Positions 29,111-39,104 of a DNA stretch of 64,000 nucleotides are shown here, piece after piece (position 1 is the stretch's first letter; the number at the start of each line of letters is the position of its first letter). The notes under the pieces are model-generated. The model was given only the letters and a program-made list of their open reading frames with translations, ran no database searches and was not told the origin of the DNA. Origin of the DNA: an uncultured Gammaproteobacteria bacterium (GTDB taxonomy: Bacteria > Patescibacteriota > Patescibacteriia > Magasanikbacterales > UBA922); assembly GCA_964435035.1 (NCBI GenBank), contig CAYSXR010000002.1:12252-76251 (forward strand), read 5' to 3'. The position numbers and the translations under genes were made by a program.

Positions 29111-29144
29111 AAAAAAGCCTTTATTTTAAGGGCTTTTTTGTTTT
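29111..29144. terminator. Terminator hairpin, left copy of a 34-bp direct repeat
   Basis: aaaaaagcctttattttaagggcttttttgtttt. Confidence 0.8.
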
Positions 29145-29154
29145 TATACTGTTA

Positions 29155-29183
29155 TTGACATAAATCCTTTTTTATGGTAATTT
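29155..29183 (+). promoter_or_regulatory. Promoter of orphan cassette D
   Basis: TTGACA-17 nt-TAATTT with TGn. Confidence 0.65.
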
Positions 29184-29287
29184 GTATTGTTTTCTTGGAA
29201 TATCCGAGATACAAGGTAACCTTTACATTGTTCCACCTGGCATTCGCCAAAGAGGACATGGCTGATAGTGATATCAGAGGTGTTTCT

Positions 29288-29962
29288 ATGGGTTTCGAAA
29301 TGACGCCTATTCCGCCCGAGAAGGCGCGTGGGTGGAAGCTCGAGATCGATGGTGTCGAAGCTACGGCTTCGCTCATCGAGCTCGAGAGCAAGTTCGGAAA
29401 GCTGGTCTACGGTCTTCGCCCCGAAGGCTATGACAGCTGGGTGTTCTACGAGACCGGCGGGGGCGGGTCAGTGACCCTGCCCTTCAGCTGCAACGCCAAG
29501 ACGGGAGAGCTCCTCGTGGGTCTTCTTCCGGAAGTCCGCCCCAACATGGGCCCAGGTCTTCATCTGTGCATCGTTGGCGGCTTCAAGGAGCCGAACGAGA
29601 GCCATGTGGAGGCACAGGCTCGTGAAGCGGATGAGGAGGTTGGCATGGGCCATCTCGAGGCTATTGAGCTCGAGGGTTTGCCCTATAACTCCAACAGAAT
29701 GCTGTTCGTGGCCGATGCCTCTCAGGGTGAGGGAGTCCGCGCCTGGGGAATTCACATCCCATTCGCGTGTCTCGTGCCGAACGACGATGGTGGCTACCAT
29801 CTGACCAACCTCCAGCAGGCGGATGCTGATCGTCTCGGCAAGGCGAAGAACGTCGTCTTCTTCCCGTGGCATATCGCCACGAAGAAGACCTCTGACGCAC
29901 TCGCGCACGCTGCGATCCTGCAGCTACTCGCGATGCAGTGGGAGAACGGTCACATCCCCTGA
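29288..29962 (+). CDS. GC-rich divergent NUDIX-fold protein (cassette D)
   Basis: GGFKEPNESHVEAQAREADEEVG Nudix box; SD AGAGGTG before ATG 29288 (alternative ATG 29258). Confidence 0.75.
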   Translation: MGFEMTPIPPEKARGWKLEIDGVEATASLIELESKFGKLVYGLRPEGYDSWVFYETGGGGSVTLPFSCNAKTGELLVGLLPEVRPNMGPGLHLCIVGGFKEPNESHVEAQAREADEEVGMGHLEAIELEGLPYNSNRMLFVADASQGEGVRAWGIHIPFACLVPNDDGGYHLTNLQQADADRLGKAKNVVFFPWHIATKKTSDALAHAAILQLLAMQWENGHIP

Positions 29963-29977
29963 CCTGTTCCTCCACCC

Positions 29978-30005
29978 GTCCCACTTGGATTTATTCAAGT
30001 GGGAC
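29978..30005 (+). other. 3' hairpin of cassette D
   Basis: gtcccacttgga-ttta-ttcaagtgggac. Confidence 0.75.
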
Positions 30006-30011
30006 ATCTTC

Positions 30012-30045
30012 AAAAAAGCCTTTATTTTAAAGGCTTTTTTGTTTT
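30012..30045. terminator. Terminator hairpin, right copy of the 34-bp direct repeat
   Basis: aaaaaagcctttattttaaaggcttttttgtttt, one mismatch to 29111-29144. Confidence 0.8.
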
Positions 30046-30108
30046 ACAAAACACTAGATTCTTGCTAAGCTTGAATATATCTCTATATTTAGTTTTATAG
30101 CCTATTTT

Positions 30109-31176
30109 ATGCTTGATTCACTTATTGCTATCAAAAAAATCGATACTGAAAATATGCTCGGTAGTCTCCAGATGCTTCACAAACAAGTGGATGAGATTGC
30201 TCTGATTGCAGAAGATTTAATGATACCTTCGGCTTACAAAAAGTTTGATCGAATTGTAGTTTTTGGTATGGGTGGATCGGCATTGGGAAGTCAGGTGATC
30301 CAATCGGTCTATCGAAAGGAGCTCAAATATCCGCTTGAAATTATTAATGGATATGAAATGCCAGGGTACGTAAATTCCAAAACGTTGGTAATTTTATCGA
30401 GTTATTCAGGAACTACTGAAGAGGTTTTGTTTGTAGCTGAATTGGCACGAGTACGAAAAGCGAAAATCGCTGTAATTTCTGCCGGTGGGGAACTTGCTCA
30501 GTTTGCAAAGAAAAATAAATATCCAGCACTGATTTTTTCAACAGAAAATAATCCTTGTGGCTCTCCAAGAATGGGGCTCGGGTATTCGATCATTGGGCAA
30601 CTAATTCTTTTTTCAAAGCTTGGAGTTTTGAAAATTTCAAAAAAACAAATTCAAGAAGTTGTCAAAACTATTGCAGTATATGATACTTCGTATGGTGTGC
30701 TTACACCTGAAAAAGAAAATCCTGCAAAACAGCTTGCTCGAAAAACTATTGATCGAAGTGTGTGGTTTGTGGGCAGCGAACATTTGCTTGGGAGTGCACA
30801 TATTGCGGCAAATCAGATGAATGAGAACGCAAAGCGTATGAGTGGATATTTCTCAGTGCCTGAGCTCAACCATCATTTGATGGAAGGGATGATGTATCCA
30901 AAAGGAAATAAAAGTAGTTTATTGTTTGTTCTTCTTGAGTCATCGCTTTATTTTGAACGAGTACAAAAACGGTATAGTGTGACGAAAAAAGTTCTTGAAA
31001 AGAATGGTATTGTGCATGCATCTTACGTTAGTAAAGAAAGTGATTCACTGTTGCAAATGTGTGAATGTCTCGTATTTTTTAGTTATGTAAGCTACTATTC
31101 TGGATTGTTGAAAAAAATTGATCCGACAGCAATTCCATTTGTGGATTATTTTAAGAAAGAAATGGGAAAGAGTTGA
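30109..31176 (+). CDS. Bifunctional phosphoglucose/phosphomannose isomerase (SIS domain, PGI/PMI)
   Basis: GMGGSALG, SSYSGTTEE, PR, QMNENAK, PELNHH, DPTAIP.VD.FK. Confidence 0.9.
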   Translation: MLDSLIAIKKIDTENMLGSLQMLHKQVDEIALIAEDLMIPSAYKKFDRIVVFGMGGSALGSQVIQSVYRKELKYPLEIINGYEMPGYVNSKTLVILSSYSGTTEEVLFVAELARVRKAKIAVISAGGELAQFAKKNKYPALIFSTENNPCGSPRMGLGYSIIGQLILFSKLGVLKISKKQIQEVVKTIAVYDTSYGVLTPEKENPAKQLARKTIDRSVWFVGSEHLLGSAHIAANQMNENAKRMSGYFSVPELNHHLMEGMMYPKGNKSSLLFVLLESSLYFERVQKRYSVTKKVLEKNGIVHASYVSKESDSLLQMCECLVFFSYVSYYSGLLKKIDPTAIPFVDYFKKEMGKS

Positions 31177-31216
31177 TAAGTGATAATCATGTAGGTAGAT
31201 TAGTAGACTCACAAAA

Positions 31217-31263
31217 TGCTTACTCTGCTTATAGCTTATCTTGCTTACTCTGCTTATAGCTTA
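31217..31263. repeat. Short direct repeat (2 x tgcttactctgcttatagctta)
   Basis: Two near-tandem 22-bp copies ending at the ATG of the next gene. Confidence 0.75.
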
Positions 31264-32060
31264 TGACTTTATCAGTAATTACTGTAACATGGAATAGTAA
31301 AGATTTTATTTTGAAACAAATAGAGTCGGTTCGAAATGCAGTAAAAAATATCGAGATTGAGCAGATTGTTGTTGATAATGGGTCAATTGATGGCACTGTT
31401 CAGGTGATACAAGAAAAATTTTCTGATGTTCGGGTAATTGTAAATAAAGAGAATAAAGGTTTTGGAGCAGCAAATAATCAGGGTGTTCTTATTTCAAAAG
31501 GGGAGTATGTATTATTCCTTAACCCTGATATGGTGCTCCATCCAGGTTCGCTCGATTTGTTTGTCGATTGGATGAATAAAAATAATCGGGCGGGTATTGC
31601 AAGCCCTCGATTACTCGACAAGCAGGGAAATTTTAATCGGGATACGGCACCGCGTCGATTTCCGCGCGTATGGGAACAACTTGCGATTGTTTTGAAATTA
31701 CCGCATCTGTTTCCTGGATTGCTTGGTGCATACCGAATGGAGGGTTTTGATAGCACTAGAGAACAAGAAGTGGACTCAGTGCAGGGCTCCTGTATGTTGG
31801 TGAGGAGGGAATTGATTGAGAAATTAGGATATGCGTTTGATCCTCGATATTTTATCTGGTTTGAAGATGTAGATCTTTGTAGGGAAGCGTATAGGCTCGG
31901 ATTTACGGTCGTGTATACTCCCGTTATAAGTGCGATTGATTACAGTGGGCAGAGTTTCAAAAAACGTACTACCTGGTGGAAACAAAAACAATTTATCACC
32001 TCAATGATTGTATATTTTAGAAAATGGGGGTTTGGTAGAGTCGAAAGTCGAAAGTCATAA
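31263..32060 (+). CDS. Glycosyltransferase family 2 (WbbL-like)
   Basis: VVDNGS.DGT, N.GFGAANN, FLNPD, FD.RYFIWFEDVDLC. Confidence 0.92.
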   Translation: MTLSVITVTWNSKDFILKQIESVRNAVKNIEIEQIVVDNGSIDGTVQVIQEKFSDVRVIVNKENKGFGAANNQGVLISKGEYVLFLNPDMVLHPGSLDLFVDWMNKNNRAGIASPRLLDKQGNFNRDTAPRRFPRVWEQLAIVLKLPHLFPGLLGAYRMEGFDSTREQEVDSVQGSCMLVRRELIEKLGYAFDPRYFIWFEDVDLCREAYRLGFTVVYTPVISAIDYSGQSFKKRTTWWKQKQFITSMIVYFRKWGFGRVESRKS

Positions 32061-32087
32061 AGTCGAAAGTAAATTCAACATACTTTT

Positions 32088-33167
32088 ATGCAGAAGTTGC
32101 TTATACAATTGGTGACGTGGAATGGAAAAAAGTATATCCCATATCTTTTTGATTCTTTGCGGAAACAAAGTTTTACAGATTTCCATCTATTTATTCTTGA
32201 TAATGGTTCTACTGATGGGACACAAGAGTTAATTGAAAAAGAATTGCAGAATTTTCAGTTTGAATATACATTTGAAAAAAATGGAAAAAATGTTGGTTTT
32301 GCAGGAGGTCATAATCAAATTTATAAACTCAAAAGTCAAAACTCAAAAGTCAAAAGTTTTGATTATATACTTTTGTTGAATCAAGATGTGTATCTTACGT
32401 CAGATTGTATTGAGAGAATGGTTAATTTTTTGAAGAAAAATCCAGACGCTGCGGCAGTAAGCCCCAGACTTATGCGATGGAATTTTGCGGAAGCATCTGA
32501 AGGTATAGAAAAGAGTTTTAGTTTTTTTGTTGATTCACTTGGACTGCGAGTATTTCGAAATCGTCGGGTAATTGAGAAATATGCTGGACAAGTTTGGGAA
32601 GAAAAGAAATCACGGATGGAGTTATCGTTTCGAACCCATGATGATGCGATGGAAGTTTTTGGAGTGTCCGGAGCACTGCCCATGTTTCGGTGGAGTTGTC
32701 TTGAAGTGGTAAGTTTTGATGATCATACTTTTTTTGATACTAGTTATCACTCATACAAAGAGGATGTGGATCTTGCATATCGGCTTCGAATCGCGGGGCT
32801 CCGTTCGTATATACTTCTTGATTCAGTTGCATACCATGATCGAAGTGCGTTCGGCGTTGATCGGGTGGGAGATCGTATTTCTATACAAAATAAGAAAGTA
32901 CAACCTGAATGGATAAAATACCATAGCTATAAAAATCATCTGATGACGTTCTATAAGAATGAGTACTGGCAGAACACCATCCTTGATTTTCCGTGGATTT
33001 TGTGGTATGAGTTAAAGAAGTTTATATATTTTTTCCTATTTGATCGTTCGATTTTGAGGGGGTTAGGTGAAGTGTGGAAGGGGCGCACTGAGCTCCGCAA
33101 GAAAAGGCTTATGGTCAAAAAAATAAGGAAAGCTTCGTGGCAAGATCTGCGTGAGTGGTGGAAATAA
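32088..33167 (+). CDS. Glycosyltransferase family 2
   Basis: LDNGSTDGT, GFAGGHN, LLNQD, YKEDVDLAYR. Confidence 0.92.
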   Translation: MQKLLIQLVTWNGKKYIPYLFDSLRKQSFTDFHLFILDNGSTDGTQELIEKELQNFQFEYTFEKNGKNVGFAGGHNQIYKLKSQNSKVKSFDYILLLNQDVYLTSDCIERMVNFLKKNPDAAAVSPRLMRWNFAEASEGIEKSFSFFVDSLGLRVFRNRRVIEKYAGQVWEEKKSRMELSFRTHDDAMEVFGVSGALPMFRWSCLEVVSFDDHTFFDTSYHSYKEDVDLAYRLRIAGLRSYILLDSVAYHDRSAFGVDRVGDRISIQNKKVQPEWIKYHSYKNHLMTFYKNEYWQNTILDFPWILWYELKKFIYFFLFDRSILRGLGEVWKGRTELRKKRLMVKKIRKASWQDLREWWK

Positions 33168-33170
33168 AAT

Positions 33171-34004
33171 ATGAAAGATATTGCAATTATTGTGGTGAAT
33201 TACAAGATGAGAAAACATATTGAAAAATGTTTCTCTTCTTTATTTCCTGAAATTGCTACTTCTAATCTTCAGGTCGAGGTTGTTGTTATTGATAATGCTT
33301 CAAGTGATGGTATTGAGTTTTTTTTGAAAGAAAAATATCCGAGCGTACATTTTGTCGGACTTCAAGAAAATCAAGGTTTTGGTCGGGCGCAAAATATAGG
33401 TATGAAAAGTGTTGAGGCAAAATATTATTTTGTACTCAATCCTGACACGTTTTTTAGGTCCGGAGGACAGGCGCTTCAAAAATTGTTTCGTTTTATGGAG
33501 GCACATCTACATGTTGGAATGGTGGGTCCTAAATTACTTAATGAGGATGGAACACTCCAGTCTTCATGTTGGAGATTTCCAACTTTTTTTCAGCCAGTGT
33601 TTAGTCGTACTGTGTTGGGACATAGAGGGAGAGGAAAGAAAATCTCAGATCATTACTTCATGAAAGATTTTGACCATAATTCTACTCGTCCTGTTGATGT
33701 AGTCATGGGTTCTGCTATGTTTGTGCGTGCAGAAGCAATACAACAGGTGGGTGGATTTGATGAAAAATTTAAAATGTATTTTGAGGATACTGATTGGTGT
33801 CTCCGAATGTGGGAAAAAAAGTGGGCAGTCTATTATGTACATGATATTATACTGACACATACTCACCGACGCGGGTCTGCGGAGATTCCAGGAATTATTA
33901 AAGGTTTTTTTAAGAATAAATTAGCGCGTATTCATTTTGTTAGTTGGCTTACGTATATGTGGAAATGGCAACGTGTATATAAGTATTATGTTGAAAAACA
34001 TTAA
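33171..34004 (+). CDS. Glycosyltransferase family 2 (WbbL-like)
   Basis: IDNASSDG, LNPD, GFDEKF.MYFEDTDWC. Confidence 0.92.
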   Translation: MKDIAIIVVNYKMRKHIEKCFSSLFPEIATSNLQVEVVVIDNASSDGIEFFLKEKYPSVHFVGLQENQGFGRAQNIGMKSVEAKYYFVLNPDTFFRSGGQALQKLFRFMEAHLHVGMVGPKLLNEDGTLQSSCWRFPTFFQPVFSRTVLGHRGRGKKISDHYFMKDFDHNSTRPVDVVMGSAMFVRAEAIQQVGGFDEKFKMYFEDTDWCLRMWEKKWAVYYVHDIILTHTHRRGSAEIPGIIKGFFKNKLARIHFVSWLTYMWKWQRVYKYYVEKH

Positions 34005-34006
34005 GT

Positions 34007-35113
34007 ATGTCTGGTAATCAACCAAAAATTGGCATTGTTTATTTACTCTACTATCATAATGAGTCATACATCGATGATGTAGTTTCTGCTTTGAAAAAAG
34101 TAACTTATCCGAAGGATAGGTTGGAACTTATTATTGTAGCAAATGAGCATCCGAACGACGGGTCATTTATGCATTATATAGACTCTACGGTAGTTCCACT
34201 TTCTGGAGTAGATTTTCCGCATGTAACTGTCTTGCCTCAGAAGACAAATTTGGGATTTGCTGGTGGAAATAATATTGGCGCAAAGTGGGCAGTGGATCAT
34301 GGTTGTAAGTATGTTTTTTTTCATAATAACGATGGATTTGTTGCGACTAATGCGTTTGAGCCTTTGGTGGATACTCTTGAAACAGATAAAACTATTGGAC
34401 TTGCTCAGTCGCTTGTGATGCTTCATCCAGAAACTAATCTACTTAATAGTGCGGGGAATTCTTTTCACTATTTGGGTTTTGGATACTGCGATCAATACCG
34501 TCTCGATATTAAAAACTTGTCTTTTCCTCCGATTACAGATGTTGATTATACGAGTGGTGCAGCACTGTTTGTACGTAGTGATTTGATTGAGAAATATGGT
34601 GCGTGGGATAGTGACTTTTTTATGTATCATGAAGATTTGGAATGGTCATTTCGTCTGCGAACATTAGGATACCGTTCGGTGCTGGTACGGGATTCATTGT
34701 TTTATCATAAATATCAATTTGGACGGAGTATCGAAAAATTATTTTTTATGGAGCGGAATCGAGTTGCTATCATGATTATGTTTTTCAAATTTCCTACCTT
34801 GCTACTACTTCTTCCGATGAGCTTGATTCTTGAGATCGGACTTTGGACTTTTGCAATCAAAGCAAAGAATGGTCGTAAGCGTCTGGAAATGTATCGATAT
34901 TGGATCAAGAAAAAAAACTGGGATATATGGCTCGCAAAACGCAGAAAAATTCAGAAAGAGCGTGTGGTTGGTGACCGTGAATTATTGAAACATTCTGTCC
35001 CTGGTATTTATTTTCAAGACTCACAAATGGATAACCCGCTTCTCGTGTATGTGGGCAATCCTATTATGAAATTGTATTGGTGGGTTGTGGTAAAAGGTCT
35101 GATCTGGTGGTAG
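34007..35113 (+). CDS. Glycosyltransferase family 2
   Basis: NLGFAGGNN, NND, SGAALF, FFMYHEDLEWS. Confidence 0.9.
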   Translation: MSGNQPKIGIVYLLYYHNESYIDDVVSALKKVTYPKDRLELIIVANEHPNDGSFMHYIDSTVVPLSGVDFPHVTVLPQKTNLGFAGGNNIGAKWAVDHGCKYVFFHNNDGFVATNAFEPLVDTLETDKTIGLAQSLVMLHPETNLLNSAGNSFHYLGFGYCDQYRLDIKNLSFPPITDVDYTSGAALFVRSDLIEKYGAWDSDFFMYHEDLEWSFRLRTLGYRSVLVRDSLFYHKYQFGRSIEKLFFMERNRVAIMIMFFKFPTLLLLLPMSLILEIGLWTFAIKAKNGRKRLEMYRYWIKKKNWDIWLAKRRKIQKERVVGDRELLKHSVPGIYFQDSQMDNPLLVYVGNPIMKLYWWVVVKGLIWW

Positions 35114-35170
35114 CCTTGAAAAAGTTTTATCCTTATGATAAGATTCTGTGTCTTCCGAAATATATAGCGT

Positions 35171-36256
35171 ATGCGTATAAGAAAAGCGATTTTGACTGGT
35201 GGAGGTCGTGCAACACGGCTGCAGCCAATTACTACAACCATTAATAAACACTTACTTCCGCTTGCAAATAAGCCGATGATTTTTCATGCAATTGAAAAAG
35301 CTGTTCAGGCTGGGGTGACGGAGATTTTTATTAATACGAATCCCGGAGAAACTCAGCTGCAGGCTATGATTGGAGATGGGGGCCACTGGGGAGTCACTAT
35401 TAAGTTTTTTGAGCAGACTGGAGGACCTCAGGGAATTGCTCATGTAGTGAATGAAGCAAGAGCTTTTATTGGTGACGAACCGTTTATGTTCTATCTCTCT
35501 GATAATGTGTTACTTGGTGATCTAAACGGGATGTTTGATGAATTTAGTGCAGGGACCTATGATTGTATGCTCGCATTGTCAGAAGTACATGACCCTGAAC
35601 GTTTTGGTGTGCCTGTATTTAATGATAAGAAAGAATTGATTGATGTGATTGAAAAGCCTGCACGAGCACCAAATAATTTTGCAGTTACGGGGATTTATTT
35701 GTATGGACCACGTGTTTTTTTTGATGCTTTTAAAAATATTGAAAAAAGTGAGCGTGGAGAATATGAGATTTCAACTATTCATTCGCTATTCCTGAAGCAG
35801 GGAAAGAAGGTAGGGTATAAGGAAATTACTGGTTGGTGGAAAGATACTGGGAAGATGGATGATTTACTTGTTGCAAATAGACTATTACTCGATCAAACTC
35901 CGCGAGATTATTTTACCTACGCCACGGAAATGGTAAAAAATGCGAAAATTAGTGGACTTGTGCATATTGGAAATGGATCGCAAATTGGCGAAGAGGTGAC
36001 TGTAAATGGACCTGTAATTATTGGGGAAAATGTAGTTTTGGAGAATTGTACTATTGGTCCTTACGTTACTGTTAGTTCAGGTAGTGAAATTAGGGGGGCT
36101 CGAATTGATGATTCAATTATCCTTGATAATGCAAGTATTACTATTGATATGCATATTACGCATAGTATTATTGGTAAACAAGTGAAATTGGTCAAAAAAA
36201 ATACCGAGGGTGGTCGGTCAATGATTATTGGAGATAAGACTAGTGTAGAGTTGTAA
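35171..36256 (+). CDS. Glucose-1-phosphate thymidylyltransferase, long form
   Basis: GGRATRLQP.T....KHLLP.ANKP, EKP, SERGEYEI, WWKDTG, C-terminal left-handed beta-helix. Confidence 0.92.
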   Translation: MRIRKAILTGGGRATRLQPITTTINKHLLPLANKPMIFHAIEKAVQAGVTEIFINTNPGETQLQAMIGDGGHWGVTIKFFEQTGGPQGIAHVVNEARAFIGDEPFMFYLSDNVLLGDLNGMFDEFSAGTYDCMLALSEVHDPERFGVPVFNDKKELIDVIEKPARAPNNFAVTGIYLYGPRVFFDAFKNIEKSERGEYEISTIHSLFLKQGKKVGYKEITGWWKDTGKMDDLLVANRLLLDQTPRDYFTYATEMVKNAKISGLVHIGNGSQIGEEVTVNGPVIIGENVVLENCTIGPYVTVSSGSEIRGARIDDSIILDNASITIDMHITHSIIGKQVKLVKKNTEGGRSMIIGDKTSVEL

Positions 36257-36275
36257 TTTTTTCTCTCGTGAAACT

Positions 36276-36307
36276 AAAATATTGGAATGAGATTCCAATA
36301 TTTTTTT
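36276..36307. terminator. Bidirectional terminator
   Basis: aaaatattggaat-gag-attccaatattttttt between convergent genes. Confidence 0.75.
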
Positions 36308-37637
36308 AATACTCTAAAGAATGTATTCCTATTCTTCCTGCGAAAGTACCAAAGAAGTAGAGAGTGCGTCTCGTTGTGTTTATAGAAACAAGGGTATATG
36401 AATCTGTTGATACGAGTGTATGTCGAACATAATATCCTGGATTGAATGCTGATAATTCTTTTTCGGTGGCAAGTAAGAGGACTCCATTTTGATCGAGAAG
36501 GGAAACGTTTTTAATTCTATCACCACTTCGATTGAGCAAGCTTATTCCACCGTCGGCATACACACTTGAGAGTTCCCATGGAGACCATATGAGCCATTCC
36601 TCGGTTCTGCGATTATAGTGCGTGTCGATTCCATTGATTGTCTGAATTGATTCGATTCCATTATTTACTAATTTTGCAACAATGGTTTTGTCTTTGTGTG
36701 TTACGATAATTTTCGAATTGTCCGCATGAATAATTGAATCTATTTCGTCGCCCAAGCTGTACAGTGTTTGTGTATGAGGGTTTTTGATTGTATTTCCATA
36801 TGCCTCCCATATTCCACCCTCTTTATCTCGATACCAGATACTACTAGATACTATGCCAGCAATTCGATCTGATCGCGTTAGTGAGTGTATGAGTATATTT
36901 TTATCTTGGTAGATATACAGAGGTTCTGTAGGATTGATTGAATTCCATGTGAGGACTGCATCATTTTTGATGGGAGTAATATTAGTGGTTTCTGGATTGG
37001 TGAGTGAGATTAGATATAGGGTATCTTCATTTACTCCACGTATTCGGCTATAGGCGAGTGAGGCGTAGGGGGAAACTTCAACTATTGGTTCAACTGCATT
37101 AAGTGTACGATATACGAGTGTGTCATTGTCTGTTGTGACATTGATTACGTGTAATTCGTAGAGCTCATTTACTTTTTTTAAAACCAACAGTGTGTCATTG
37201 TATCCTTTTACACTCAATACTGTTTCGTCTGTCTCAAATAGGCGTACCGGTAGCGCATCTTTGATGAGTGTCACCCCTTTAATATATGTGGTGTTATTAC
37301 TTTCGATTGCTATGTCTCGTTCCCAGGTTTTGTAGCCAGGGCGTTCTATTTTTAATGCGTAGGTCCCTGGTGCGCGATTGGTAAGTTTAATCGGAATATC
37401 TCGTTCAATCTGAATTCCATTAAGACTCACGACAGAATTTCGGGGCTCCACGTCAACGCTTAATACTCCTGTCTGTTTGATTTGTTTTTTTACAAAATCA
37501 TACCGGTACCCTGCAGTGTATAGGATTACTGATGGTGTGATAATCAGAAAAGCCATCCATAAACCAAACATAAAAACTCTTCGTACGGGTCGGGTGAAAA
37601 TATGGCCTATTTTATGGGTTTTTGGGTGTTTATTCAC
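36306..37637 (-). CDS. PEGA domain-containing membrane-anchored protein
   Basis: N-terminal TM, GYRYD, TGVLSV.VEP, PG.Y.LKIE.PGY..W; probable beta-propeller C-terminus. Confidence 0.8.
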   Translation of the reverse strand: MNKHPKTHKIGHIFTRPVRRVFMFGLWMAFLIITPSVILYTAGYRYDFVKKQIKQTGVLSVDVEPRNSVVSLNGIQIERDIPIKLTNRAPGTYALKIERPGYKTWERDIAIESNNTTYIKGVTLIKDALPVRLFETDETVLSVKGYNDTLLVLKKVNELYELHVINVTTDNDTLVYRTLNAVEPIVEVSPYASLAYSRIRGVNEDTLYLISLTNPETTNITPIKNDAVLTWNSINPTEPLYIYQDKNILIHSLTRSDRIAGIVSSSIWYRDKEGGIWEAYGNTIKNPHTQTLYSLGDEIDSIIHADNSKIIVTHKDKTIVAKLVNNGIESIQTINGIDTHYNRRTEEWLIWSPWELSSVYADGGISLLNRSGDRIKNVSLLDQNGVLLLATEKELSAFNPGYYVRHTLVSTDSYTLVSINTTRRTLYFFGTFAGRIGIHSLEY

Positions 37638-37703
37638 AAATTGCTTAAATTGTTATTATTTGGTATCATTATAAGCGAAAATTGCTTTAAATTCAATTGT
37701 AGT

Positions 37704-39008
37704 ATGGCAACGTACGTAATCAATGGTGGTAAGAAGCTGCATGGTTCTATTGCAGTTCGAAACGCAAAAAATTCAGCGCTTGGACTTTTATCAGCAGCTG
37801 TTATGGTGGCTGGTAGGGTGACTCTCAAAGACATGCCTCGAATTGAAGAGGTATATCGTTTTATTGAGATGTTGCAGAGTATTAATGTTTTGTGTGAATG
37901 GAAAGATGAACACACTCTTGTTATTGATAGTTCGGAAAAATTACATTTGGAAACAATTGATAGACAATCGTCTTCGAAAATTCGTTCATCATTATTATTA
38001 CTCGGTTCACTTGCTTCACGAGTACTCTCATACCGGTTATATCGTTCCGGTGGGTGCAAGCTTGGGGAACGCACGGTACGACCTCATCTCTACGCACTTG
38101 AAAAATTTGGTATACATATTACAACAACCGAAGATCATTACGAAGTGGTTACAAGTAAGAAATTACAGGCTGCATATGTAGTAATGTATGAAGCGGGGGA
38201 TACACCTACTGAAAATGCAATTATGGCCGCGGCATGTGCTGAAGGTACTACCATTATTAAATTTGCTTCAGCAAATTATATGGTGCAGGATCTGTGTTAT
38301 TTTTTGGTGAAAGCTGGTGTGAAGATTTCTGGAATTGGTACACAGACACTTACGATACAGGGAACTAAAAAATTCAAATCAAACATTGAATATTCAGTGA
38401 TGCCTGATCCGATTGAAGCAATGGCTTTTATTGCTGCAGCAATAACGACGCAGTCTCGTCTGGTAATTGAAAATTGTCCGATAGATTTTCTTGAACTTGA
38501 GCTTGAAAAATTAAGAGTAATGGGGCAACAGTTTACCTTACATAAAGAGAGAAAATCTAAGAATGGAAAATTTGCTATCGTGGATATTGAAATTACTCCT
38601 TCGAAATTAGTAGCTCTTCCAGATAAAATTCATGGCATGCCATTCCCTGGAATTAATATTGACAATGTTCCATTTTTTGTACCGATTGCGACGACTGCAA
38701 AAGGAAGAACACTCATCCATGATTGGGTATTTGAAAATCGTACTTTTTATTATCTTGAATTTCAAAAATTAGGAGCTAAAATTACACTTCTTGATCCTCA
38801 TCGCGTGTTTGTGGAAGGTGTAACTCCACTCATAGGGCGAGAAATTATTGCACCAGATGGGATTCGTCCTGCAATGGCACTTTTAGTAGGAATGCTTGCG
38901 GCAAAAGGAATTTCAAAATTGCGTGATATTTATGTGATTGAACGTGGTTATGAAGATCTTGAAACAAGACTTCGGAGTATCGGGGTAGATATTACGAGAA
39001 CTGAATAG
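37704..39008 (+). CDS. murA: UDP-N-acetylglucosamine 1-carboxyvinyltransferase
   Basis: GGKKL.G, AKNSAL, GGCKLGER, TENAIMAA, PDPIEA, VFENR, ERGYE. Confidence 0.95.
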   Translation: MATYVINGGKKLHGSIAVRNAKNSALGLLSAAVMVAGRVTLKDMPRIEEVYRFIEMLQSINVLCEWKDEHTLVIDSSEKLHLETIDRQSSSKIRSSLLLLGSLASRVLSYRLYRSGGCKLGERTVRPHLYALEKFGIHITTTEDHYEVVTSKKLQAAYVVMYEAGDTPTENAIMAAACAEGTTIIKFASANYMVQDLCYFLVKAGVKISGIGTQTLTIQGTKKFKSNIEYSVMPDPIEAMAFIAAAITTQSRLVIENCPIDFLELELEKLRVMGQQFTLHKERKSKNGKFAIVDIEITPSKLVALPDKIHGMPFPGINIDNVPFFVPIATTAKGRTLIHDWVFENRTFYYLEFQKLGAKITLLDPHRVFVEGVTPLIGREIIAPDGIRPAMALLVGMLAAKGISKLRDIYVIERGYEDLETRLRSIGVDITRTE

Positions 39009-39009
39009 T

Positions 39010-39090
39010 GAAATTATTCTAATTAACCTAATTTCTAAAAATGAATTTGAAATTTATTTAGAGTACTTAGGTTAATTAGAATAATTAACA
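39010..39090. repeat. AT-rich inverted repeat
   Basis: aattattctaattaacctaa ... ttaggttaattagaataatt. Confidence 0.6.
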
Positions 39091-39104
39091 ACATAACTTT
39101 TGTT

